A DNA stretch of 64,000 nucleotides, from contig MCFE01000197.1 of NCBI GenBank assembly GCA_002104905.1, positions 1-64,000 on the forward strand, read 5' to 3'. Made by a program: the position numbers and the translations under genes. This DNA is from Basidiobolus meristosporus CBS 931.73. Lineage: Eukaryota > Fungi > Basidiobolomycota. How positions within the stretch are numbered: the first letter of the stretch is position 1; the number at the start of each line of letters is the position of its first letter. Below the pieces are notes generated by a model, which was given only the letters and a program-made list of their open reading frames with translations, was not told the DNA's origin and ran no database searches. Shown here piece by piece: positions 1 to 15,000 of this stretch.

Positions 1-3000
1 TTCTCCTCAGAATAATTTTCGAGCAACTTGTCTTCACAGTCAATTATACCGGACATAGACTTGTCAAATTTAGCCATGTATTTAGATGAAGTAACCACAA
101 CAATAGCATGAGTCTCGCTGATTATAAATGAGCTACGTGCTTCTGGATAGTTGGGATCCATGGGAACATATGCTCCACCAGCTTTGAGAACTGCTAGCAT
201 AGCTACTATCATATCAACTGACTTGTCGATACATAGGGGGACCATGGACTCGACACCTACTCCAATCTCGGCAAGATAGTGGGCTAGTCGATTTGCCCTA
301 CTGTTCAACTCATGGTACGTGACAAACTCGCTGTCCTCGAACTGAACCGCTATGTTGTTGGGTGTTCGCACAACCTGTTCCTCGAACAGCGTGTGAATAC
401 ATCCATGGTGAGTGACATCGGCACTAGGTCCACTCCATTGTTGTAGCAGCTCATGTTCGTGAGCAGCGATGACGCTGAAGCTTCCGATCAGCGTATTTGT
501 ATTGCTGGCAATACGTTGCAGCGCTGTCTTCAGATGCTCAAATATCCACTTTGCCTCATCCTGAGACACAACATCCTCGTCGTACAACATGGACAAGTGG
601 TGCTCTCTCTTCCCAGTAGACAACTCCACGACTAGCGGGTAGCTTGCTGGCATGGCTGCCTTGACTTCCATCAGCCCAATCGACTCAAAGGTATGTCGCT
701 GGTCTCCTCCCGTGAGGTTCTGAACAACTAGCAAAGTGTCGAATAATGAGTCCATCTGACCGTTGCCCCACAGTTTCTGGATTTCCTGAAGTCCAATGTT
801 CTGGTATTGGCACTGCTCCAACTGAGCAGTATGTATCTGACTCAATACATCAAGGAGAGTCGAATCATCCTCAAGGTTCACTCGCACGGGTAGCGTGTTG
901 ATGCAAGGCCCACATATCTGGTCGATTCCACCCACTGGCACATTTCGGCCCGAGTTGACCACCCCGAATACGACATCCGAGCTACCAGTGTGCGCTCTCA
1001 GCACCAAAGACCAAGCCAGGTTCATTACCGTAGCAATGGTGATATTGTGCCTTCTTGCTAGCTCCGTGATGTCCACCTGGACCCGTTCCTCGATGCAGCT
1101 ACGCGTCTGCGGCTTTGTGGAAAACGATGTGTGCTTGGAGATGTGAGTTGCCGCTGCGCCATCTAGGACCCTTGACCAGTATTCTAGGGACTTGCCTCTA
1201 TCTAGGCCAACATTGTACTCAATAAAGCTAGCATATGAAGGCCTCTGTGGTAGATCCAGTGCGCGATATGCCCTCACAAGATCTTCAACGATGAGACCCA
1301 TGGACCATCCATCGTACAATGCATGGTGGATGGTCCATATGAGGCATCCTCCAGGTTGCTCACCACGCAACCAGGTAAAGCGGGTCAGCAGCTTACCTTC
1401 GGCAATTCCTTCCTCTCGGTCCTTCTGGAGTGTTTCTTGGATCTCGTGCTCCATCAAAGTCGCACTACCAGTAGCAATCTCCCTCCAGTCGATCATATCA
1501 TCCGATAGGACCACTTGCAATCCATTCAGGTGTGAGTTGCCACGGCTCACAAACACGATGGTAGTGCGGAGAATAGGATTTGATTTGATCACCGTTGACC
1601 AGGCCTTCTTTAGGCGCATGATATCAACACTCTCATCAAAGGAAAATACGTGCTGTGTGAGATACTCGGAGTTCGCTCGGAGCCCCAAGGCAAACAAGCC
1701 TTCTTGCAGTGGGACACATGGGTATACATCCTCGACACTGCTGATGGGGATCCCGTTGTTTGGACATCCACATTGAGCAGATCCTCGACCTCACCTGGCT
1801 CCAATTTGAGCAGCGAGAATTTCTCGATCTCCTTTGCTCTCACCCCATTGCTTACTGGAGAAGGTACCAGTTTGGCCATTTCTGTAATTGTCGGATGTTC
1901 AAACACTTGCTGGACCGTGATTTGGTAGCCTTGCTGGCGGGCTGCTGCCACAAGCTTGATGGCCACAATTGAGTCACCACCTAGACTAAAGAATGAGCTG
2001 TTGGTTCGGATCTGACTCTCCGCGATAATCAAAACTCTTGACCACAGCTTTATCCAACACAGCTCCATTTCGGTAGCAGGCAAAGATGAAGTTTCACCTT
2101 CAGATTTACTTAACGCATGCAGTTCCTCCGCATTCATATTATTAAGCATCTTCTTCAGCTCGCCTCGGTCTAGTTTTGCCATTCACATTAGTAGGAACTC
2201 GGCGAATTGGAATAATCATGTTCGGCTCCATATAGGATGGCAATTTTGTAGTAAGTAAGGTTTGTATCTCAGCAATCCACGTCATAAATTGCTCGGTCTC
2301 AGCAGCATTGTATAGCATAGTGCCCACGCGCTCAGTTAGCTGCTCATAGAAGTTTACCAGTGCAACCAAAATCTTGCGATTTGTTTCCTTATCAACAATC
2401 AGTGGAAGAACACAGGCTCTTGAAACCATTGGGTGTTCGTGAAGAATATGCTCAATCTCATCCAGCTCAATCCGCAATCCATTCAGCTTTATCTGGTTGT
2501 CCATTCTCCCAATCAACTCCACCGTCCCATCCATGTTGAATCGAGCCAGGTCGCCGGTGCGATACATTCGTTCTGCAGGGCTGTCTGGATTCGACACAAA
2601 GGCTGCAGCGGTCAGGTCGGGTCTGTTTAAGTATCCACGAGCCAACTGTGGACCAGACACGCAGAGCTCACCCACTGCACCCAAAGGAACTGGCCGTAGT
2701 CGGGAATCAAGAATGTATATCCTATTACGCCCAAATGGTAAGCCGATATTGCCACAAGACGTGCTTTCTGTGACCCGACGATTTACCATGAAAGCTACAG
2801 CTGACTCGGTTGGTCCATATGCATTGCTCAGGTGAGCCAGTGAAGCCCATCGGTCTTTCAAATCTGGAGTCATCATTTCACCGCCAAGGCACAGCCTTTT
2901 AACATGACAGTTCTTGTCACATTGCAATAAACTGGCTACCGAGGGCGTTAACATCAGAGTATTCACATTCATTACGGCAATCATCTCGTCTAGCTTAGAG

Positions 3001-6000
3001 TAGAGCGCCTCCTTATTGGCTAAGCAGGTCCGTGATCCAAAAAGCAACGGAACAAACACTTCGATCACAAACGCATCAAAGGTGTAACTAGCGAATTGGA
3101 GCACGGAGTCAACCATCTCCAGGCGCCATACATCCTGCATCGCAACAACAAAATTGAGGGTAGCCGTATGCTCCAGCAAGACTCCTTTCGGTACACCAGT
3201 TGAACCCGACGTGTAGATGACATAACACAGGTTGGCTCCCGTCAAGTTTGCTATGACTGGATTGGTGTCGGAATACTCCTCCAATTCCAAATCCTCAATG
3301 ACAACCACTGCAGGTACACTCCCTTGGAACCTGGATGTATAGCACCTGCTTACTAGTACAGTCTGAGCTGAGGTCTCTTTAACTATGAATCGGCTTCGCT
3401 CTTCAGGATTAGCCGGGTCCATTGGTACGTAAGCTCCACCAGCTTTGAGAACTGCTAGTATGGCCACCACCATATCAATGGATCTGTCGATACATAGGGG
3501 GACCATGGACTCGACACCTACTCCAATCTCGGCAAGATAGTGGGCTAGTCGATTTGCCCTACTGTTCAACTCATGGTACGTGACAAACTCGCTGTCCTCG
3601 AACTGAACCGCTATGTTGTTGGGTGTTCGCACAACCTGTTCCTCGAACAGCGTGTGAATACATCCATGGTGAGTGACATCGGTACTAGGTCCACTCCATT
3701 GTTGTAGCAGCTCATGTTCGTGAGCAGCGATGACGCTGAAGCTTCCGACCAGCGTATTTGTGTTGCTGACAATACGTTGCAGCGCTGTCTTCAGATGCTC
3801 AAATATCCACTTTGCCTCATCCTGAGACACAACATCCTCGTCGTACAACATGGACAAGTGGTGCTCTCTCTTCCCAGTAGACAACTCCACGACTAGCGGG
3901 TAGCTTGCTGGCATGGCTGCCTTGACTTCCATCAGCCCAATCGACTCAAAGGTATGTCGCTGGTCTCCTCCCGTGAGGTTCTGAACAACTAGCAAAGTGT
4001 CGAATAATGAGTCCATCTGACCGTTGCCCCACAGTTTCTGGATTTCATGAAGTCCAATGTTCTGGTATTGGCACTGCTCCAACTGAGCAGTGATGTATCT
4101 GACTCAATACATCAAGGAGAGTCGAATCATCCTCGAAGGTTCACTCGCACGGGTAGCGTGTTGATGCAAGGCCCACATATCTGGTCGACTCCACCCACTG
4201 GCACATTTCGGCCCGAGTTGACCACCCCGAATACGACATCCGAGCTACCAGTATGCGCTCTCAGCACCAAAGACCAAGCCAGGTTCATTACTGTAGCAAT
4301 GGTGATATTGTGTCTTCTTGCTAGCTCCGTGATGTCCACCTGGACCCGTTCCTCGATGCAGCTACGCGCCTGCGGCTTTGTGGAAAACGATGTGTGCTTG
4401 GAGATGTGAGTTGCCGCTGCGCCATCAAGGACCCTTGACCAGTATTCTAGGGACTTGCCTCTATCTAGGCCAACATTGTACTCAATAAAGCTAGCATATG
4501 AAGGCCTCTGTGGTAGATCCAGTGCGCGATATGCCCGCACAAGATCTTCAACGATGAGACCCATGGACCATCCATCGTACAATGCATGGTGGAATGGTCC
4601 ATATGAGGCATCCTCCAGGTTGCTCACCACGCAACCAGGTAAAGCGGGTCAGCAGCTTACCTTCGGCAATTCCTTCCTCTCGGTCCTTCTGGAGTGTTTC
4701 TTGGATCTCGTGCTCCATCAAAGTCGCACTACCAGTAGCAATCTCCCTCCAGTCGATCATATCATCCGATAGGACCACTTGCAATCCATTCAGGTGTGAG
4801 TTGCCACGGCTCACAAACACGATGGTAGTGCGGAGAATAGGATTTGATTTGATCACCGTTGACCAGGCCTTCTTTAGGCGCATGATATCAACACTCTCAT
4901 CAAAGGAAAATACGTGCTGCGTGAGATACTCGGAGTTCGCTCGGAGCCCCAAGGCAAACAAGCCTTCTTGCAGTGGGACACATGGGTATACATCCTCGAC
5001 ACTGCTGATGGGGATCCCGTTGTTTTGGACATCCACATTGAGCAGATCCTCGACCTCACCTGGCTCCAATTTGAGCAGCGAGAATTTCTCGATCTCCTTT
5101 GCTCTCACGCCATTGCTTACTGGAAAAGGTACCAGTTTGGCCATTTCTGTAATTGTCGGATGTTCAAACACTTGCTGGACCGTGATTTGGTAGCCTTGTC
5201 GACGAGCTGCTGCCACAAGCTTGATGGCCACAATAGAGTCACCACCTAAGCTAAAGAATGTATCGCTAATATCGATACCATCCTCGTCTATATTTAATGC
5301 TTGGGACCAGAGTGTAACCCAAATACTCTCATTCTCATTTTTGGATTGGGGATCTGCTGCGCATTTGAAGCTGTTAAATTTATGAATCTCCTCCTTAGCT
5401 GTTGACTGGTATAGGTCCATCAACGATCCTCTAGCAATTTTTCCACTTGAGTTCTTTGGCATCACTCCCAGCGGGAACCATATACATGGCACCATGTATG
5501 ACGGTAGCTTGAAGCGCACTAGCGCCTCTACTTGGACAAGTATATTTCTTACTGGTTCAACATATTCTTGATACAGTAGAGCACTCTCTGCCTTCTTATG
5601 TAGCAGGCTAGTAAATTCTAAAAAGGCCACCAGTGTTTTACGATCGGTTGCCTTGTCTACAGCCAGCGGGAGAACGCAGGCTCTTGAAACCATTGGGTGT
5701 TCGTGAAGAACATGCTCAATCTCATCCAGCTCAATCCGCAATCCATTCAGCTTTATCTGGTTGTCCATTCTCCCAATCAACTCCACCGTCCCATCCATGT
5801 TGAATCGAGCCAGGTCGCCGGTGCGATACATTCGTTCTGCAGGGCTGTTTGGATTCGACACAAAGGCTGCAGCGGTCAGGTCGGGTCTGTTTAAGTATCC
5901 ACGAGCCAACTGTGGACCAGACACGCAGAGCTCACCCACTGCACCCAAAGGAACTGGCCGTAGTCGGGAATCAAGAATGTATATCCTATTACGCCCAAAT

Positions 6001-9000
6001 GGTAAGCCGATATTGCCACAAGACGTGCTTTCTGTGACCCGACGATTTACCATGAAAGCTACAGCTGACTCGGTTGGTCCATATGCATTGCTCAGGTGAG
6101 CCAGTGAAGCCCATCGGTCTTTCAAATCTGGAGTCATCATTTCACCGCCAAGGCACAGCCTTTTAACATGACAGTTCTTGTCACATTGCAATAAACTGGC
6201 TACCGAGGGCGTTAACATCAGAGTGTTCACATTCATTATGGCAATCATCTCGTCTAGCTTAGAGTAGAGCGCCTCCTTATTGGCTAAGCAGGTCCGTGAT
6301 CCAAAAAGCAACGGAACAAACACTTCGATCACAAACGCGTCAAAGGTGTAACTAGCGAATTGGAGCACGGAGTCAACCATCTCCAGGCGCCATACATCCT
6401 GCATCGCAACAACAAAATTGAGGGTAGCCGTATGCTCCAGCAAGACTCCTTTCGGTACACCAGTTGAACCCGACGTGTAGATGACATAACACAGGTTGGC
6501 TCCCGTCAAGTTTGCTATGACTGGATTGGTGTCGGAATACTCCTCCAATTCCAAATCCTCAATGGCAACCACTGCAGGTACACTCCCTTGGAACCTGGAT
6601 GTATAGCACCTGCTTACTAGTACAGTCTGAGCTGAGGCTTCTTTAACTATGAATCGGCTTCGCTCTTCAGGATTAGCCGGGTCCATTGGTACGTAGGCTC
6701 CTCCAGCTTGAGAACTGCTAGTATGGCCACCACCATATCAATGGATCTGTCGATACATAGGGGGACCATGGACTCAACACCTACTCCAATCTCGGCAAGA
6801 TAGTGGGCTAGTCGATTTGCCCTACTGTTCAACTCATGGTACGTGACAAACTCGCTGTCCTCGAACTGAACCGCTATGTTGTTGGGTGTTCGCACAACCT
6901 GTTCCTCGAACAGCGTGTGAATACATCCATGGTGAGTGACATCGGCACTAGGTCCACTCCATTGTTGTAGCAGCTCATGTTCGTGAGCAGCGATGACGCT
7001 GAAGCTTCCGATCAGCGTATTTGTGTTGCTGACAATACGTTGCAGCGCTGTCTTCAGATGCTCAAATATCCACTTTGCCTCATCCTGAGACACAACATCC
7101 TCGTCGTACAACATGGACAAGTGGTGCTCTCTCTTCCCAGTAGACAACTCCACGACTAGCGGGTAGCTTGCTGGCATGGCTGCCTTGACTTCCATCAGCC
7201 CAATCGACTCAAAGGTATGGTGCTGGTCTCCTCCCGTGAGGTTCTGAACAACTAGCAAAGTGTCGAATAATGAGTCCATCTGACCGTTGCCCCACAGTTT
7301 CTGGATTTCATGAAGTCCAATGTTCTGGTATTGACACTGCTCCAACTGAGCAGTGTGTATCTGACTCAATACGTCAAGGAGAGTCGAATCATCCTCGAGG
7401 CTCACTCGCACGGGTAGCGTGTTGATGCAAGGCCCACATATCTGGTCGACTCCACCCACTGGCACATTTCGGCCCGAGTTGACCACCCCGAATACGATAT
7501 CCGAGCTACCAGTATGCGCTCTCAGCACCAAAGACCAAGCCAGGTTCATTACCGTAGCAATGGTGATATTGTGCCTTCTTGCTAGCTCCGTGATGTCCAC
7601 CTGGACCCGTTCCTCGATGCAGCTACGCGCCTGCGGCTTTGTGGAAAACGATGTGTGCTTGGAGATGTGAGTTGCCGCTGCGCCATCAAGGACCCTTGAC
7701 CAGTATTCTAGGGACTTGCCTCTATCTAGGCCAACATTGTACTCAATAAAGCTAGCATATGAAGGCCTCTGTGGTAGATCCAGTGCGCGATATGCCCTCA
7801 CAAGATCTTCAACGATGAGACCCATGGACCATCCATCGTACAATGCATGGTGGAATGGTCCATATGAGGCATCCTCCAGGTTGCTCACCACGCAACCAGG
7901 TAAAGCGGGTCAGCAGCTTACCTTCGGCAATTCCTTCCTCTCGGTCCTTCTGGAGTGTTTCTTGGATCTCGTGCTCCATCAAAGTCGCACTACCAGTAGC
8001 AATCTCCCTCCAGTCGATCATATCATCCGATAAGACCACTTGCAATCCATTCAGGTGTGAGTTGCCACGGCTCACAAACACGATGGTAGTGCGGAGAATA
8101 GGATTTGATTTGATCACCGTTGACCAGGCCTTCTTTAGGCGCATGATATCAACACTCTCATCAAAGGAAAATACTTGCTGCGTGAGATACTCAGAGTTCG
8201 CTCGGAGCCCGATTGCAAATAAGCCCTCCTGAAGTGGGGCGCATGGATACACATCCACCACATTGGCGATAGGAATCCCATTGTCTTGAACCTCGGAATT
8301 TAGTAAGCATTTCACCTCATCTGGCTTCAACTTGAGCAGCGAAAATTTCTCGATCTCCTTTGCTCTCACCCCATTGCTTACTGGAGAAGGTACCAGTTTG
8401 GCCATTTCTGTAATTGTAGGATGTTCAAACACTTGCTGCACTGTGAGAATGTACCCTTTCTGGCGAGCAACTTCTACGAGCTTGATAGCCACAATGGAGT
8501 CACCACCTAGACTAAAGAATGAGCTGTCGGCTCGGATCTGGTTCTCTGCTATCCCCAATACTCTAGACCATAACTTCAGCCAATGCAGTTCGGTATTGGT
8601 AGCTGGTAAAAATGGAGTATCATTTCCGGATTTACCTTGCGTAAATAGCTCCCCTCTGTCCATGTTGTAGAGCTTTTTTTTCAGCTCACCTCTATCTACT
8701 TTACCATTCGTATTAATGGGAACCTGTCGGATCGGTATAATAACGTTTGGCTGCATGTAAGGTGGTAATTTTGCTGCAAGAGTGGTACGTAACTCTTCAA
8801 TCCATTTTGCAAATTGCCTGGCCTCATTAGCGTCATATAATATAGTAGTTGAGTCTTCATTTAACTGCTCATTGAAGTTAGCCAGTGCAACCAAAATCTT
8901 GCGATCGGTTGCCTTGTCTACAGCCAGCGGGAGAACGCAGGCTCTTGAAACCATTGGGTGTTCGTGAAGAATCATGCTCAATCTCATCCAGCTCAATCCG

Positions 9001-12000
9001 CAATCCATTCAGCTTTATCTGGTTGTCCATTCTCCCAATCAACTCCACCGTCCCATCCATGTTGAATCGAGCCAGGTCGCCGGTGCGATACATTCGTTCT
9101 GCAGGGCTGTTTGGATTCGACACAAAGGCTGCAGCGGTCAGGTCGGGTCTGTTTAAGTATCCACGAGCCAACTGTGGACCAGACACGCAGAGCTCACCCA
9201 CTGCACCCAAAGGAACTGGCTGTAGTCGGGAATCAAGAATGTATATCCTATTACTTCCTAGTGGCTACCGATATTACTACACGAAGTATTTACATCAACA
9301 ACTGAGTTGACTATGAACGCGACTGCCGCTTCGGTAGGGCCATAGGCATTACTGAGAATAACCTTTGAAGCCCAAATATCACGGACTGTGGACGTTAGCA
9401 TTTCTCCTCCTACTATTAGCTTCTTGATACTTGGTACTCTCGCTGGCTTAACAGTACCGGCGATTGTCGTAATCATTACCGCAGCGGTGATGTTCATAGT
9501 GTTGATGGTATTCTCCAGATTGTTCATCAGGCTTTCTTTTTTAGCGATAACTACTCGAGCCCCAGCAAGGAATGTGGTAAATATCTCCAGTATCGAAACA
9601 TCAAAGGTGTAATTAGCAAATTGCAACACTCTATCTTGCGTATCAAGCCTCCAGTCTTCCTGATATGCATGGACGAAATTGACCACTGAACGATGCTCTA
9701 GTACCACTCCCTTTGGAACACCCGTGGATCCCGAAGTATAAAGTACATAGCATGGGTCGCTTGGCGACAGGTTCTCCATCATAGGATTCTCATTTGGGTG
9801 TTGGCCTATAGCATATGCATCAGTGTCCATTAATACTCTTGCACATCCTTCAAATCTGGTTCTCAGGACACTTGTAGTAATAACTACTTGAGCCTTGACT
9901 TCTTCAATGATGAACATATTTCGTTCCTTTGGGTTTTCAGGATCCAACGGTATATAGGCACCCCCAGATTTTAATACAGCTAGTATCGCAACTATCATAT
10001 CCACGGACTTTCCAATGCATATCGGTATTAACGGCTTGGGCGTGACACCTATATTAATTAGATAGTTAGCTAGACGATTGGCTCGCTTGTTTAGCTCCCC
10101 ATAGCTAACAAGCTCGTTTTCTTCCGTTTGTAGGGCGATCCTATCTGAACTGGACATAGCTTGCCATTCAACATAGCTATGTAGATATGCTTCGGGCTCA
10201 AACGGGCTACTATTGCTTCGAGAGAACGACTCCAGCATGTCCTTCTCAAGGTTGGGCATTTTCGGAATGCTCTCAAGCGTGGAAATCGGGCTAATGTTCA
10301 GCATTGCATCAAGTATCACATCCAGTCTCTGGAGAAAGAGCTCCGCTAGTGTTTGGTGTAACGTTTGGACATTGTAGTCCAAGCGATAAACAAACTTCTC
10401 ATTTCGCACGCAGATATTGAGTCCAAGGGGATACTCTGTTGGTTCAATTATCCTCAATCGCTTGAGCGAGAGTTCGCCCTTAGTGGAAGTTGCCTCGTTG
10501 GTCATCTCACTTGGCTGAAAGTTCAATATTGAGTCAAACGCAAGAGCACCGCCCTCTGCATTACTCCATTTTTTTATGGAGTGTAGGCCAGCATGCTGAT
10601 ATGGTATACTTGCAACCATATGGTCATGTATTTTTCTTAGCCAATCGTAGACTATGGCCTGTGGTTTATAAGAGACTCTCAGTGGCAGGGTGTTGATACA
10701 TGGACCAACAACTTTATCAACATTCTTCATGGGAATGTTTCTTCCGTTCACGAGAATCCCAAATATGCACTCATCAGCACCATAGTAAGGCTGAAGTATC
10801 AATCCCCAGGCAGCCTGAAACAGTGTAAATGTAGTAACCCCCGCTTTCTTCGCGAGATGCTGTAGGTCACCCGCCCGGAGTTCACTGTTGACTGACAACT
10901 GCACATATTCTTCCGCCAGATGGCCCGCATCGCCTAACTTTGGGAATACGCAAGGTTCGGTATTCATCAAGTAATTACACCAGAAATCTCTTTCTAACTG
11001 GCTCTTTTGTTGTCTCTGCTCTTCGATATGGTACTCGATATAATCCCTAAACGGTATGGTTGCTGGCTTGAGCGTATTGTTGTATGCTGAAAGTAGACAT
11101 TCCATGGTGATTCTATCTGACCAGCCATCATTAATCGCATGATGGCGGCTTATCACCAAAAGGGCACCTCCGTTGTTCTGGTGTATTAAGCAAAAGCGAA
11201 TGTTTGATTTCCCTAGTGGAAATCCTTTGGCTATGTCATCAGTAAGGTATTCGCTCAAGACATGGTCCACATCTTCGGCTTGTACTGGTAGATAGCCCAT
11301 ATCAGGCTCCATCTTTTTCAGGACAACCTGAAGGTAAGCACCGGAATCCTGATGTATATATGGATTATTGATGAATATCGTTCTCAATATTGGTAGGTCT
11401 TGGATGACTGCTCTCCAGGCGGATTTCAGTTTTTCGAAATCCCATGAACCAACAAGCTCATACACATCCTGGACATGATATAGACTTGGTGATCGCATAT
11501 TGCCCATGATGAGTCCTTCTTGAATTGGCGAGCATGGGTAGATATCCTCCGTATTTCGCACTCCATACTTGGGCAAAATCTCATCAATCAATTGATCCAA
11601 ATCATTAGCAGGCATGGAGAGAAGTGGAAGGTCCGAGACAGTAAACCGAGATACATCCTGATTCGCACAAGTAGTGATGGCTTCAAGTAACATTTCGCGC
11701 CAAGCCTTCATCCATCTCTCAATTATTGACTTTTCGTGTAGAGCTTGACTATACGAGATGGAAGCGCGTAGGGTATTGTGAAGCATGGTCACCTCAGCCT
11801 CAATGGCGTTCATTCGTCTCCATTGGGGTCCAATCATTTGCAGATCAAACTTGTACTGGTCGTCAACATCCTGTAATAATGCATTGGCTTTTTCCAAATG
11901 TTGAAAACGCCCTAGATAGTTGAAACCGACTTGCAAGGAATCCCTCTCAAATTCTCTAGAAGTCACCTCGTTCAAATACCGAAGAAGTCCGTAGTTGATA

Positions 12001-15000
12001 CCATGGTTAGGGATGCGTTGGCGTAGATCTTTGGTACGCTTGAGTACATCGATTATAGATTCATTGGATCCGGCAACGATATTCATTGGGTATATGGATG
12101 TAAACCAGCCGACTGTTCGTGAAATATCAATCAGGTCCGTCCATGGCTCACGGCCATGTCCCTCTGTAGCGATGCCCAGGGATTGAGTTTGGAATGTCAC
12201 ACAGTACGATGCAGCAAGTGATGCGAGCATAAAATCCACAGCCTTTGTTTTGTAAGCGGCATTACTAGTACCGAATAATAGTGTCGTATACTCTTCATCC
12301 AAAGAGAAGGATAACGTGTCTACGGTCGCCTGGGTGTTGAGTTGTGTTTTTGAGCCATCAATATTTAGCGGCTCTATGTACTCTTGACTAGGCCAGTCCG
12401 ACTGGCTCAATGTAGAAGCGTGAGCTCTAAGCATTCTGCTCCATGTTCTGAAGGATAGTGATTTGTAGGGCAATGGCTGTCCTTCCAACAGATTCTCAAG
12501 ATCTTCCCAAATTATTCGCCAGGAAACCAGGTCTATGATGTAGTGATGAATAGTCATGAATAGCAATTGCTGACCGTCTGAAAGATCATATAGAGCAAAG
12601 GCGAAGATTGGGCCAACTTCGATATCAAGGCTTTTTTGTAACAGACTGATTTTTTCTTGCAGCTCTTCCGGATCGAGCACATGATAACGCTTTACATCTA
12701 TGCCAATATCCTTTGTAGGTAGAATCCGTTGCTTCCAGCGACTGTCCACTTGTGAGAAACGAACACGCAACATGTCGTGGTGATCAATGAGCTTGTAGAG
12801 CGCTGTTTGCAAGTTGCCTGAAGAGATGGGGGTTTTCACTTTGACCAGCCACGACAAATGAAAGTGATTCACATTTGGCTGTTCCACTGCGAAAAACTGC
12901 TCCTGAATAGGTGTTAAAGGAATCTCATCCTCATCGAAGTCCCCTCCATCGACAACCTCGTACCCCTCCGATTCTATGGTAATCAACTCTGCAAAGTTAT
13001 TGAGCTGATGTATGGTCGGGTGTTGCAATATACTCTGCACCGATACTTTTACTCCCAATTGGCGACACATCGAGGATACCTGTATCGCAGAAATAGAATC
13101 GCCACCCAAATGGTAGAATGAATCATCTGTGCCTATGCGTGATGGATCAATATTCAGCACTGAGGCCCAGGCTGAGAGCAAGATTTGTTCAATGCGAGTG
13201 TTTGGTTTCGACTTCGCATTACTCTTGTTCAGCTCTGTACCAAGGCTACGAAGCTGGTCCAGATTACTCTCGTTGAAGATCCTCTCCAATGTTCGTAAAT
13301 CAGTCTTGCCGCTAGTGTTGACCGGAACTCGGGTAAGAGGCACCCATACAGTTGGCACCATGTATTTTGGCAGCTTCTGTCTTACTATACTCTGCAGAGC
13401 CTCTATTTTCGGGATAAGCTCAGCATTCTGATGACTGTCGATCACCTGAACTGAGGCAACATCATTGAGCGTACTTTTGAATGCCACAAAGGTCACAAGT
13501 GCACGTTGCCCTGCCTTTGATGTTGATTTGGTGCTAAGCAACCTGACTGATGCTCGAGCGACTTCGGAATACTGATGCAAAGCGTATTCGACTTCATCCA
13601 ATTCGATGCGCAAACCGTTCAATTTTACCTGGTTATCTTTACGACCAAGGATGGTGATAGATCCGTCGGTATTAAATCTTCCCAGGTCACCCGACCTGTA
13701 GAGGCGCTCACCTTTGGCAAATGGAGACTCGACAAACGCCAGCTGGGTCAGATCGGATCTGTTTAAGTAGCCCCGTGCAAGTTGAGGACCACCAAAACAA
13801 AGCTCACCAATGGCCCCCAGGGGAACCAATTTCAGTCTGTCGTCAAGGATGAAGACTTGGTTTCGACCAATGGGCCAACCAATGTTGTTGTAAGCGGTGG
13901 ATGCACTTAGAGATCTTCTGACGACGGTATACACAGTAGTCTCAGTTGGGCCATATCCATTGTTAAGGTCCACTTCACCAGCCCAAGCATCGCGTACAGG
14001 CTTCGTCATCATCTCCCCACCTTGCTGCAATAGTCGGAGTGTAGGCACCTCCTTAGGCTTGAGCAAGCCAGCTACTGTGGTGGTCAGTTGAGCCGCTGTC
14101 ACCTTCATCAAGCGCGCCATCTCTGATAGATGCGTGAGTAAGTTGTTTTTCGTAGCCAAACATATGCACGATCCCACAGTAAGATTCACAAAGAAATCGA
14201 GAATGGAGGCATCAAAGGTGTAATTTGAAAACTGCAGAAAGCGATCGCTCTCTTGGAGGTTTAGGATGCTTTGATGAGCAACAATATAGTTCACGGCTGC
14301 GCGGTGTTCAATCATTACCCCTTTGGGCATTCCTGTCGATCCGGACGTGAAGATCAAGTAGCAGAGATTGGAAGATCTCATTTCAGGAACAATGGGATTG
14401 ATTACCGGGTTTTGATCGAGCTCAGTCACCATTGCATCCAACAATATCACTTGGAGGTTGGGACATTCACTTAAAATCCCGCCCAGATCACTCGTAGTCA
14501 AACTTATTCTGGCTTTGGTTTCACTGACAATGAAGGATACCCGCTCTTCGGGATGCTCTGGATCTAGAGGAACGTAAGCAGCGCCGGCCTTGAGCACCCC
14601 TAATATGGCTACTACCATCAAGATGGACTTCTCCAAGCAAATAGGTATGATAGTCTCGGGCCCTGCTCCCAGGCGGATAAGGTAATGTGCAAGTTGGTTT
14701 GAGCGACGGTTCAACTCAGCGTAGGTAATCCATTCCTTATCCTCAAATTGAAGAGCTATGTTTTCGGGTGTTTTCTCTACCTGCTTCTCTACAAGTTGGT
14801 GAATACAGCTATCGTCTAGTTCTTTGACGAAATCAGCTTTTCCACGCTGCCATGTTTCTAAAAAGAGGGACCTTTCAGCAGGAGATGCCCACTCCAAAGA
14901 TCCCACTGGTGTATCGAGATTCTCAACCAAACTTCTAACGATGTGTGTAAGCTGGCTAGCGATAAGCTGGCCTTGATCCAATGTGAAATGGGTCTTTGCA

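Noticed and set aside
453-9310. Plus-strand ORFs repeated three times (e.g. MFVSSDDAEAS..., MPLSRPTLYS...)
   Set aside because: Antisense shadows of the repeated NRPS modules; they recur only because the NRPS DNA recurs.
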